DNA of 64,000 nt from Squalus acanthias (taxonomy: Eukaryota): assembly GCA_030390025.1 (NCBI GenBank), contig CM059430.1, forward strand, positions 33,790,001 through 33,854,000, given 5' to 3'. The notes below the pieces were generated by a model, which did no database searches, was not told where the DNA came from, and saw only the letters and a list, made by a program, of their open reading frames with translations. The translations under genes and the position numbers were made by a program. This document shows positions 12,401-24,400 of this stretch, one piece after another. The stretch's first letter is position 1. Each line of letters begins with the position of its first letter.

Positions 12401-15400
12401 GGATTTTGACCCAGCGACGATGAAGGAACGCCGATATATTTCCAAGTCTGCAGTGTGTGACTTGGAGGGTAACTTGGAGGTGGTGGAGTATCCTTGGGCC
12501 TGCTGCCCTTGTCCTTCTAGGTGGAAGAGGTCGCGGGTTTGGGAGGTGCTGCCGAAGAAGCCTTGGTGAGTTGCTGCAGTGCATCTTGTAGATGGTACAC
12601 ACTGCAGCCACGGTACGCTGGTGGTGGAGGGAGTGAATGTTTAAGGTGGTGGATGGGGTGCCAATCAAGTGGGCTGCCTTGTCCTGGATGGTGTCGAGTT
12701 TTTTGAGTGTTGTTGGAGCTGCACTCATCCAGGCAAGTGGAGAGTATTCCATCACACTCCTTACTTGTGCCTTGTAGATGGTGAAATGCTTTGGGGAGTC
12801 AGGAGGTGAGACACTCACCGCAGAATACCCAGCCTCTGACCTGCTCTTGTTGCCACAGTATTTATGTGGCTGATCCAGTTAAGTTTCTGGTCAATGGTTA
12901 CACAGAATCATGATTGACTTTGCCATCCTGTGGAGTTCATTAACCTGTCCTTGCACATTCATGGATTTTTTTTCAAAACGATCTTCTTTAAACAGTGAAT
13001 GTTGATGATACTGTCAGGAAACTGGCTTGGAAAAGTTACCTTGTTGGACTATGTGTGGGAGCATAAATAATATATACACAATCGACATGGTATAATAATC
13101 ACTGAAACACCCAGAATTCATTATGACATTTCTGCTAATTCACATCTTTTGCGCCAGTAATTTCAATGAGTCCTCTGAATTTCCATTATGCCATCAGCAT
13201 GCAGTATTTAAACCAAATATTCCCCCCAAAATTAATAAAATAGACAGAAAATGACATTAATCATAATTTTTTAACAGTTTGATCTTTAAAATGGTCCCAG
13301 TAAGATACAATTTCCAGGTTTCTATAAAGTACAAATGTTAGGAATCAAAAATCACACTGTTATGAGGTAACAGTTGTAGGAAAGACCTCATAATCACTAC
13401 TGAATGTCACTCTTAAGCTGTGAAATTTTAAATTCTAAAAAATATATTTTTTAATGAACCTTCAATTTTTTTTCTCTATATTTTTGTATTTAACCAAAAC
13501 TCATAGTTCATCTTTAATTTAACTACGGTGCCATTAAAATAAAAACAATCTTTATCAATGTGGTGTATAAAAATGGAACAGGCATGGAAATTTTACCTTA
13601 AGATTTCTATTCTGCACATTTTACTTTTGAGTGCATTGGCAAGGATCTCCGCACCTTCATCCTCCAGCATGTTTCCCTCTAAACTGTGAATAAAAATAAA
13701 ACAATAATTATCTTTTCTTTAGCTCTGCCTCTGTGAATGCAGAATGTATTTTTGAACCAAACCAATGAAGTATTCACTTACTGAACTATAATTATTCTAT
13801 TTAAGCTCTGCTAGCATACTCCCACATACTAAAGAGTGTAATTTCTTTCTTCCTGTCTCTTATTAACCAACAACTTGCATTTATATAGCAGCTTTAATGT
13901 AGAAAAATATCCAAAAGCACTTAACAGAGGCACAAAGGAAAACTAGATGCCGAACCAAAGATGGAGATATTCGAGGGATGACCAAAAGCTGGGTCATAGA
14001 AGTGGGTTTTTAGGAGGATGGGGAGCTGGAAAGGCAGAGGGGTTTAGGAACAGAATTCTCGAACATGGGGCCTAGGTGGTTAAAGGCACATCCGCCAATG
14101 GTGGGGTGAAGGGACGGGGATATGCACAAGAAGCTAGAGGAAGAGGAATGGAGTTTTCAGGCAGACATGTAGGAGGTTAGAGAAATCAGAAAGGGTGAGA
14201 CTATGGACGAATTTAAACATAAGGATGAGAATTTTAAATTTAAGGCACTGGGGGAGCAGGAGCCAGTGTAGGTCAGTGAGGACAGATGTGATGGGTGAGT
14301 GGGACTTGGTGCAGGTTAGGATGCAGGCAACAGAGTTTTGTTGAGCTGCAGGTTAATGAATGACGAAGGATGGGAGGCTAGCTAGGAGAACATTGGAATA
14401 GTCGAATCTAGAGATGACATAGGCATGAATGACGGTTTTAGCAGCAGATGGGCTGAGATGGGGTGGAAGTGGATGATGTTAGAGGTGGAAGTAGACAGGA
14501 AATGTCATTTCCCTGGGGACTTCACTGGTCTCCTGGTAGATATACAAAGGGAGACTGGCAGAACCCCCATAAAATTTCAGGGCTTAAATATTTTTCCCAT
14601 GGAGGGAATTTACTTAGTTTTTATTTTTTAATTATATTGAAAGAGTTGCGTTTATATAGCACCTTTCATGAACTCAGGACGTCCCAAAACGCTTTACAGC
14701 CAATTAAGTACTTTTGAGGTGTAGTCACTCTAGTAATGTTGGGAAACGTGGCAGCCAATTTGCGCACAGCAAGCTCCCATAACAGCAATGAGATAACAAC
14801 CAGATAAAGAAAGGCTTGCATTTATATAGTGCACTTCCTGAACTCAGGTCGTCCCTTAGTGCTTTAAATCCAATAAAGTACTTTTGGAGTGTAGTCACTG
14901 TTGTAATGTAGGAAACGTGGCAGCCAACTTGTGCACAGCAAGCTCCCACAAACAACAATGTGATAATGACCAGATAATTTGTTTTAGTGATGTTGGTTGA
15001 GGGATAAATATTGGCTAGGACACCAGGGAGAACGCCCCATCTCTTCTTCGAATAGTGCCATGAGATCTTTTACATCCACCTGAGGGGCCAGACTTGGTTT
15101 AACGTCTCATCCAAAAGGCGGCATCTCTCGACAGTGCTCCATCAGTGCTGCAGTGGAATGCCAGCCCAAATTATGTGCTCAAGTCTCTGGAGTGGTACTC
15201 GAACCCAAGACCTTCTGACTGAGTCACCGCCGACACCATATTGACTGACGAGCACCACTGTACTTGAGAGAGCATCTGAGGCACGACTCAAATTTGCAGT
15301 AATTGGTCATAGTAAATAACTAGTCCTACAACAACTGTATAAGCATTTTAAACTAAAGGCCTTTATGTGGCCTGCTAGCAACTGTATTGGACCATTTTCC

Positions 15401-18400
15401 TCTAATGCTATGATTAATCACAAATTAATTTAATATAGTAATCAAATATTAATATTTTCATGTTTGGTGTTTTTGCTGTTTTAATCAAAGTTCAATATAA
15501 AATATATGAATTAAGAAAAGATTTAACAATATTAGACACAATATAAATGTATCAATTGCAAAACAACTCAATTTTAAAGCCAAAAAGCAACCTTAATATT
15601 TATTATAGGCAAGTGTGAATATTATTTACAGTATCATCTAAATACAAGGCGTGAGACTCATCTGTCTGGTTATCTGTACGTATATTAAATATATTTTCAT
15701 TAACAAGAATTTAATTTATCTTTGAAAGACACAGTGGCTGAATCACCAAAATTCCAGAACATTTCTAGTACTTCTAGTTCATGTAACAAAAACCACATTT
15801 TAATACCTCAATGTTTTGACTCTTGAGAAAACAGACTCCAATCTTTGGAAACCAGAAGCTCCAGCTTTGCACCCATCTAATTCCAACGTTTCAATAGTTG
15901 TATGGTAAGAAAGAAGGTTTGCAATTGCAGTGCAGTCAGTCACATTCAAAGAGATGTAAGAAAAATTTACGACGTCACTGGTTTGGGAGGCAACTAGTTG
16001 TGTTAATTCTTCATTTGCCGCTTCATATAGACAATGAGAGGCTGTTAGTTTTTGTCTTTTATGTGCTGTATATTTTGCAATATTTTCTGGACTTAACGTG
16101 TCTTCCTTTGGAACTTCAACAGCAGCAACATTTTTGATGGCAGCAAAGACTTCTCTTTCTTTAACTTGATGATGTTCAGGCACCAACTGCTTCACAAGTT
16201 TTCTGTTGCTGCGAGAGACTAGGCCAGCAGTGAACCTCAGTACAATCTCAAATACATTGCTCTTTGAACTGAAGGCTTTGTGCACATGATCCACACCAGG
16301 CTCATTTGCAGAAATGCAATAGAGTGCTGCAAAAAACTCCTGGTGTGTCAAATGGAAAAACTGCCATATGTGGGATTGCATCATTTTCAGGCTCTCTTTG
16401 GTGAGAATTTTCTTCCAGAAGGATTTTGTGTCCTTGGGGTTTTGGGCGATGTTCCTTTCAATGTCTTTTGCTGAAAATATTATTGTTTTATTGATGACCC
16501 CATCCCATGCAAGTTGCGCCAATGTAATTATTTCATTTTTGTCTTCATCATTTTCGATACAGAAGGATTCAGGGTCTTCTTCCTCATCATTGTTACAGAC
16601 CAGTAAACACTTGGTGAATCTGAGGAACAAATCTGTGATTGTCCTGGGAAAGGAAGACAGCTGAGACCACTTGCCTTTACAGTGAAAGGATTTATGCAGG
16701 TAGAAGCACAGGATGTCACAAAATGCAGGAACATAGCAAAGTCCGTACAAGGAATCGATGCTCTTCACCGTTCGAAAGACATGATCTGCAACTTTTGTAT
16801 CCTTGAGGCGCTTCACAAAGTATGCACCAATTTCCTTTTTGGAAAATCCTAAAATTTCAGCACATCGATTGAAATATGTTTTGTTATCTAAATCAATTGT
16901 GGTTGGGCGGGATGTAATAAGAACAGATGCCTCACGAACAAGATCTCCCTTTATGATACTTACAATCAAATGGTTAATGTGTTGAGCAATGGACGGGCCA
17001 ACAATTGAATGAACGTTAAATTCAAGAGACAGTTTGAATTCATCCAATCCATCAAATAAAAATAGGATCCCACCAGGAAAGTCCAGCATCTTATTGCACG
17101 CTGCTCTCAGATGGGGGTAACTACGTATGATGAGCTCAGTCAAACTAATTTTTTCGGTGATTGTGTTTAACTCTCGAAAACTGAAATACAGCAGCATATA
17201 AAACCCAGCACAAATTGTTCCACAGGCCCAACTGTGAGTGAGCTTCTGCATCATAACGCTTTTGCCTATACCTGCCACTCCTTGCACTAGAGTGACTCGT
17301 GGTGGCTTTTCCCCAGGTGCAGATGGTGAAAGAAGCTGTTTCAAATCTATACGCTCACACGCTGTATAGTCCCTGTGTTGCAGGAGCTCATGTTCCGTTT
17401 TGTTCCTTTCTCGAACATTGAGAATGACTAGGCTGGTAAAATGTTCCTGCAGCAATGGTGCGGCGTTATCAAATGCAAAGTATGGTTTTATTCTCTCCAT
17501 CTGTGCTTTTAATGTGCGCTTATGTGTTGCCACTGCTTCAGAGATTTCTGTAATTACAAGAGAAAAGTAATGACCTACAGTGAAGCCTCCATTATCCACC
17601 ATAATGAATGGAGCCTCCCCCAATGAATAATAGAATTTGACACATATGTTCCCAAATTTTGGTTGTTACACATATGATACAGTAATACAATGGACACAGA
17701 ATGAAAACAAGTACAACACAAATCACAGAAAATGAATTTAATCTTTCTTGGTCTATGAGGTTGATTTATGCCGAACCAGGGAGAATGGGTTTTGTGTCTG
17801 ATGCAATGGGAGGACGTCAGCTAAAAGGCTTTGTTCTACAAGAATGAAGGCTAATCTGGAAGACAAATAATTGGAACCTGGGCAATGGAGGTTTCATTGT
17901 ATATAAATAAAGGAATGCAAAACATCTGATAAATTGGATGATGTAGTTCATGTTAAGAACTGAAATATTTCTTGTAGAAAAATACGAAGCTGCCCAGTAA
18001 GCTTCTTCAAACTATAATCCACACCATTCCACCTACGTGGTAGATAAAATCTATTATTGAAATCAGTTAGCAGGAGTGTTTGGATTTTAAGCTTCGCAAA
18101 ATCCCCCAGAAACTTGTATAGAACCCTAAAAGGGGTGATTTTTGGATTTTTCATACGAATTTGGGATGATGGGACCTAAACGAAGTGATTTGAGGCAAAC
18201 ACCTCAGTTTTGGACATTTTTAAAGATCAGGGAAGAAAACCCCTGAGGAAAATGACTTTTGGATATGACTATTGGGAAAAACACCTTTCACAGACACAAG
18301 ACAGGCTGCGGGGGGTGTGGTGAGGCAGTGGACAGCTTTTGGATATTGGGGCCCAGTCGAGCGGTCTGGAAAAAGTTTGCACTGCAATCCAAGCAGGAGG

Positions 18401-21400
18401 AAGAGCCTCACCCAAAACCTCACAAACACATCCAAAATTGAATAATTCAAGACACCTTTTGAATATCCCCAGGCCCAAACAGGATGCTAGAAGCCTGAAA
18501 ACAATAAAACATCCAGTACACCCATTACCCCACCAATCACCTGTAATCAACCGAAGAGATCGACAGGACGCAACCCATTTGACACTTACAGAACCCATTA
18601 AAGACATGCATAAAGATAGGAGTCCTAGGCCCAGCAAGAAACCCGAAACATGAGGACAATGCAAACTCCGATTAAACAACAGATCGACAGGATGGAGAAC
18701 CACTTCACACATTTACAAAACCAGTTAACATGCTAGTAAAGTCGTTACTGTTAACGAGGTCTTACAATGACTAGGATTTGATTTGGTTTTGACAAGGCCA
18801 CTTCAATTTAGTATAATTGAAGGCCCATCAAGCAGTTACAACAGTTTCAGTAAGAAGGGAGTTCAAGTTCTCCAGTTACAGTTCAAGTTCAACAGAAGGC
18901 AGTTCTGCAGTTCAATCGAAAAGCCTGAGTTACAGCAAGAAGTCAGTGCTGGAGTTACAGAGTTCAGGACAAGCAGGCAGAAGGCAGTTTCCACAGTTCT
19001 GCAAGAAGGCAGTTCCACAGCTCGGAAGAAGACAGTTTAAACAAAGGCAGAGTTACAGCAAGAAGTTCAACAAAGAAGGCCAACAGCTTCACAAGCAGAC
19101 CGACACGCAAGAAGAAACCAGAGCGACTGCCTCAGTGACCATCGGACACCTCGTGGCAACAAGGGCCTTACGAAACCTTTTTACTCAAAAGACTCTAAAC
19201 CCTAACTCTAAACTGTCAAGGATTCGTTTGGTGAGCATTATCCCTGGTTCTCCAGAGTCCAACCTAGCTAGTGAAGTGGGATTGGGAGGGGTGAAGTATT
19301 CTTCTAATGTTTTTTTTCCCCTCGCTTGTACCGAAGTGTTCCCCACCTTTAGAGTGATAAGAGTGTTTGTGTTGTGTTTTACTTCCTTGAATAAAAATCA
19401 AAGTTCTTTCTTCAAACCTGTTGTCTACTGCACCTTTGTTCACAACCCCCAAATAAGTCCAAGGTCTAGAACCAGGGGCGTGGGAGCGATTCGAACCGCT
19501 CACTGAGTCAGAGGTGAGGCTGACCCCTACCACACCACCCCCTACAGGATACTTGATTGTCACATATTATTTTCAAAATACAGTTAACTCTTTTGTATCC
19601 GGCACCTATGGGACCAGGATGGTGCCGGTTGATGAAAAATTCTGGATAACAGAGAGGTATACCTACCAAGGCAATTTTTAACACAAACAAAAATAAAAAC
19701 CACTGACTAACTCGGCCACCGCGGGAGACTCGGACTCGGCAAAACGAGTGCTGGATGGATTCGGCAAGATTACCGGTTATTGAGGTGTTGTTTTGTATTG
19801 AGATATATCTATTTTGCCGGTTATTAAAGTATTCCGGATGATTAAGTGCCGTTTAAACAAGAGTTTACTGTATAACCTGTATTTGTGTGATCATCTGTAC
19901 AGTGACACAACAATTCCCCAACTCCAGACATGTCCTGAATGTAGCAAATGTGAATTGTTATGGATGGGTGAAAAATTATACCTAAAACAATGTGATTAGT
20001 TTCACCTTGTACCATAGTTCATATATCGTTCATCATACTTAATCTGCTCTCTGCTGGGTCTCATTGCTTTGTTTTCCAGAAAAGGAAAAATTTCACTTCT
20101 TCCAAACTCTGAGGAAGGAATTCTGGTCCAGGCAAGATTCCCAAATAAAAATCTAGGGGGAAAAATTCAGCTGCTTGCGCCTCCCGTTAGCGCCTTAAGA
20201 GGGCGCTAATGGGGCGTAAAGCAGCTAACGCCCGGGCGCAGCGCCGCCCACGCCTCCCGAAAAATTCAGCGGGAGGTTAGCGGCGGCGGCAGCCGGTAGC
20301 GCCCTGTGGCGCTGCGCCGCCGGCGATGACGTCATCGCCGTGCGCAGCACCCTGCTCGCGCCCCGGCCGTGATCTTCAGTCGCGCTCCCTGATTTACCGC
20401 CAGACGCTATGTCCGACGGGTTCAGGGAGGCGTACGTGCGGCCGGGGCGGCGATATTTAAAGGGGAGGTGGCAGGCGGCCATTTTTGTTGCTGGCCGCCT
20501 GCCAGCACCTGCCCCCGTTGCTGTCCCCGGCCCCCGTGAAGCCCCCCCACCGTGAAGTGCCGGCTGCGCTCCAAGAGCCCGGCACTTCTCTTGAGTGCCG
20601 GGCTCTTTTGCCGGCACTCCCGATCCCTGGGGGCCCAGCTGGGCCCCGGTTCGCGCTGCGCAGGGTCCCTCCCCTTTAAGAAGGGGAGGAAGGCCTGCAA
20701 TACCGCGGCGCGACGTGCCGCAGCGCGTGGCACTGCGGCACATAGCGCCAGGATATTCCCTCGCAGCGCCCCAAGAGGGATGCGGGGTGCTTCCAGTGGC
20801 GCCCCGCTTCCCTCTTGGGGCGCAACCACTGAAGTTCCGGCGCGGGGCCGCTAATTTTTTCGGGGCGCTAAAAGTCGCGCCCCGGCGAGGTTAGCGCCCC
20901 AAATGGGGCGCGACTCAATTTTTACCCTCTAATCTCTTGGATATAATTTTGGATTCATTTATTAATATAAATTCTGTAAAATCTGGTGTATAAATTGTTC
21001 TTTAAAGTACCTTTTTAATCAATAAAAATGAGATAGCAATGCCACATGAATTGAACACCATGCGACGTATACACTGCTGTAACTGCTCTGCAACACAGAA
21101 AGTGGGTATGGGAACATAAGAAACCATGGAATGAGAAAGGCTTTTTGCCCAATGTGCTCATTCCCTCCAATGTACCATGCACAACTATACTGTCATGGCT
21201 TCCATCTAACCCAATCCAGAAAGTCCTGAGGAATGCTACTTAAACCAGCTAAAACTTCCTAAAGAGTGAAAACAATGAAGTCTGCAGAGTGCTTCAATTG
21301 TAGCTGTGGACTCGGCAAAACTAGGTGGCATCGATATCAATGATGATCTGTGGGGTGGAAGCTTATTATAGATCTGCATTTATATAGTGCTTTTCACGAC

Positions 21401-24400
21401 CACTGGACGTCCCAAAGTGCTTTACAGCCAATGAAGTGCTTTTTGAAGTGTAGTCACTGTTGTAATGTAGGAAACGTGGCAGCCAGTTTGCGCACAGCAA
21501 GCTCCCACAAACAGCAATGTGATAATGACCAGATAATCGGTTTTGTTATGTTGACTGATGGATAAATATTGGCCAGGACACCGGGGATATCTCCCCTGCT
21601 CTTCTTCGAAATAGTGCCATGGGATCTTTCACGTCCACCTGAGAGAGCAGACGGGGCCTCGGTTTAACGTCTCATCCGAAAGACGGCACCTCCGACAGTG
21701 CAGCTCTCCCTCAGTACTGCACTGGAGTGTCAGCCGAGATATTTGTGCTCAAGTCTCTGGAGTGGGACTTGAATCCACAGCCTTCTGACTCAGAGGCAAG
21801 AGTGCAAGAGGCAAGAGTGCGACCAACTATTATTGGTGAGTGGATGACCTGGATCAGGTGGTGCTCTGGACGGGAAATGGAGGGGAGTATGGGCAAGGGA
21901 GCAGTTTAGGAGAAGCGATGTTCAATGAGTTGCTTGCGAACAACTCTGGCTGCAGACTGATGCTGGAGGCCTCCTGCTGCAGTTGCCCCATCCAAAAACA
22001 GGGATGAAAATCGCCCACTTTGTGTGTGAAAATTTCAAACCAAGCATGATTAATGCAGACCCAACAACAGGTACTCACCTCTGTCAAATAAGGAAACTGA
22101 AACACTAGGATAAACCATATCTATATCATTACAGAGTACTTCGATATTTTATCTGTAATAATTGTGTTTCCATCCATCAGTATTAAAGAACTTCCAAACA
22201 AATAGGTCCAAACTATTAATGATACTGGCACCTTAAACATGGAGATGCCTATTCATTATTAACATGTAAGACATCACCTTTGACAAAGCACGCTTACCTT
22301 CAGGGAAATTGGTTATTCCGATTTTTTCATTGTTGACCTCAAATGAAACAGTTGGCAGGTCTTCATGGAGGAGATCAATAATTGGCCTGTCATCTCTGTC
22401 AATGTAGGATTCCAGCAGTGATTTTATATACTCCTTTATGCCAGGATAAAGGTCTTCAGTGTCTTGCAGCACATTGAAAAAATGAGCGCAAAGCTGCTGA
22501 CCTCTGTGGCTCAGAATGTCGAGAAGAGTTCGCCCTTTATCAACGTCTAGTTTATCTTTTACTACAGTGTGGTCATCTTCAGAGATTATTTTCTTCTCCA
22601 TCAAAAGGTTTAAGAGTGGCAGTATGTTTGGACTGATGTAATTAACCACAGTACGACGACCTTCTTCAATAGCATGTATTGCCCAGTCTTCCCGTTTCAT
22701 TTTTGATGGAAAATATTCAGTATTGTCACAAGCACCTGTTAAGAATGGCATGAAGACATTTAAAATCAAACATTACCAATAATCAAATTAAGCTGTCTAA
22801 AAGATGTGAGATTTGGTTATTACAGCAAAAATAACTTATCATTTTTCAACTACCGTATAATTCTACGACCTGCCATATTATTTTTGTCTGGCGACTTTCT
22901 ATCATGGTTTGAAGTACTAATTGTTTTCTTTGTTTAGTAGGTTAGATTATACACATAGCAGAACAGTTTTTGCCCAATAATCCTAGTTAGTGTTTATTAT
23001 TCCCACTTCTGCTCGTTTTTGCTCTAGTAAGTGGGCACTGGAGTCACCATTGCTGTCCGAAGCTAATGCTGGAGCCATCTTAATGCAGGGCGAAGTAGAA
23101 ATGTCTGTTCTTTTTTGAGTGAAGTTCTCTGGTGCCTGCACTGGTGAGTAATGTAACAGGTATGCAAAAAGTTGGTCATACCCACACCAGCTGCTTTAGG
23201 GGTTTAAACACACAAGCCTGGAATTTCTGCAGGGTTCTCTAGCAAGAAGTGGGTGAAACCCCTGGAAAAATAGTGCACATTATGAAAAATGGCCATTTAT
23301 GCCATTTCTCCAAGGCCTCCACAGCCAGAAAATCAGGAGAACCCCACAGAATTTCAGGGCCATAACTATTACTATGAGAAGTAAGCATCTTTTACTTTCT
23401 CTTTTAGTCTACCAAGTTTCTCTCCTCTCCTCTTCCTTTCAAAAGACATTGACTCCTTGCTCAACTATGGTTCTATAGGCATCTCTGATACCTGATCCAT
23501 TCTTCATGTGTGAGCCAAGAGCATCATAGCGGAGTCTGATCCTGCCCTACCTGGCATTCACACGTGCTCACTTTCAGCAAGATTTGCTGCATAGCGCTCT
23601 TAATTTTAGTACCCCTACCACTACCACCACTCTACCATAGATAAGCCAACTCCAGAGGGCATGAATCAAACCTGGGACCCTCTTAGTCATGAAGTAAACA
23701 TTTAAAGGGTATATTTTCTTGTTCGTAAAGTTAAAGAAAAAGTTCCCAAAATACTAAGAATATGTTGAGCAAAATGGTGCCGTTCAGGTATAGAGGACCA
23801 GAATTTCAGTCCTCTTTTCTACGACTAAACTGCTAATTGGATACATGACATCACAATAAGACTGTTAACTTTGGTAAAAGGGACAGCAGATGGGCTACCG
23901 ACTCTTCAAACTTAGCAATCTGGTTAATATTTTGGTATCCTGGAGGGTACCTCCTGCTCATTTCACTAGGGGCATTTTAAGAGCAGTTAAAGCATTCAGT
24001 GATATCCTAGAAATTACTGTGCGATATTAGCGTATGGACACTCGATGCATTCGTATGACATTCCTCTGCCCATTTTTTTAACCAAGGCAATAGCCCAACT
24101 ATTGTAAATGGGTTCATGCCTCCATTAAAATAATAGACAAGGAATTCAACTAAATGCATTAAGTGCCTGTATGCTAATAGAAACATAGAATCTAGGAGCA
24201 GGAGTAGGCCATTCGGCCCGTCGAGCCTGCTCCACCATTCAATACGATCATGGCTGATCATTCAAATCCAGTACCCTGTCCCTGCCCTAATCCCCACAGT
24301 ACACATATCCCACCCTAGCCCCGTAACCCCACGTATTTAATTCCCCCTAACATATCCCATCCTATCCCCATAACCCCACATATTTAATCCCCCCCCCCTA

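Noticed and set aside
15800-17623. Naming the gene NOD1, NOD2 or NLRC3
   Set aside because: Motifs show NLRC-type affinity only; domain architecture and POP4 synteny do not match those genes, so no symbol is given without a phylogeny
18817-19506. 229-aa ORF
   Set aside because: Low-complexity product of internal repeats with no recognisable domain
20225-20894. Cluster of overlapping GC-rich ORFs on both strands
   Set aside because: Expected from stop-codon scarcity in a GC-rich MITE; no domain motifs
24007-24261. Mildly hydrophobic ORF as a candidate transmembrane exon between Ig and CARD
   Set aside because: It begins inside the HE1 SINE tail; the nearest acceptor is phase 2 in that frame, the phase-1 reading hits TAA at once, and the hydrophobic stretch is broken by polar residues
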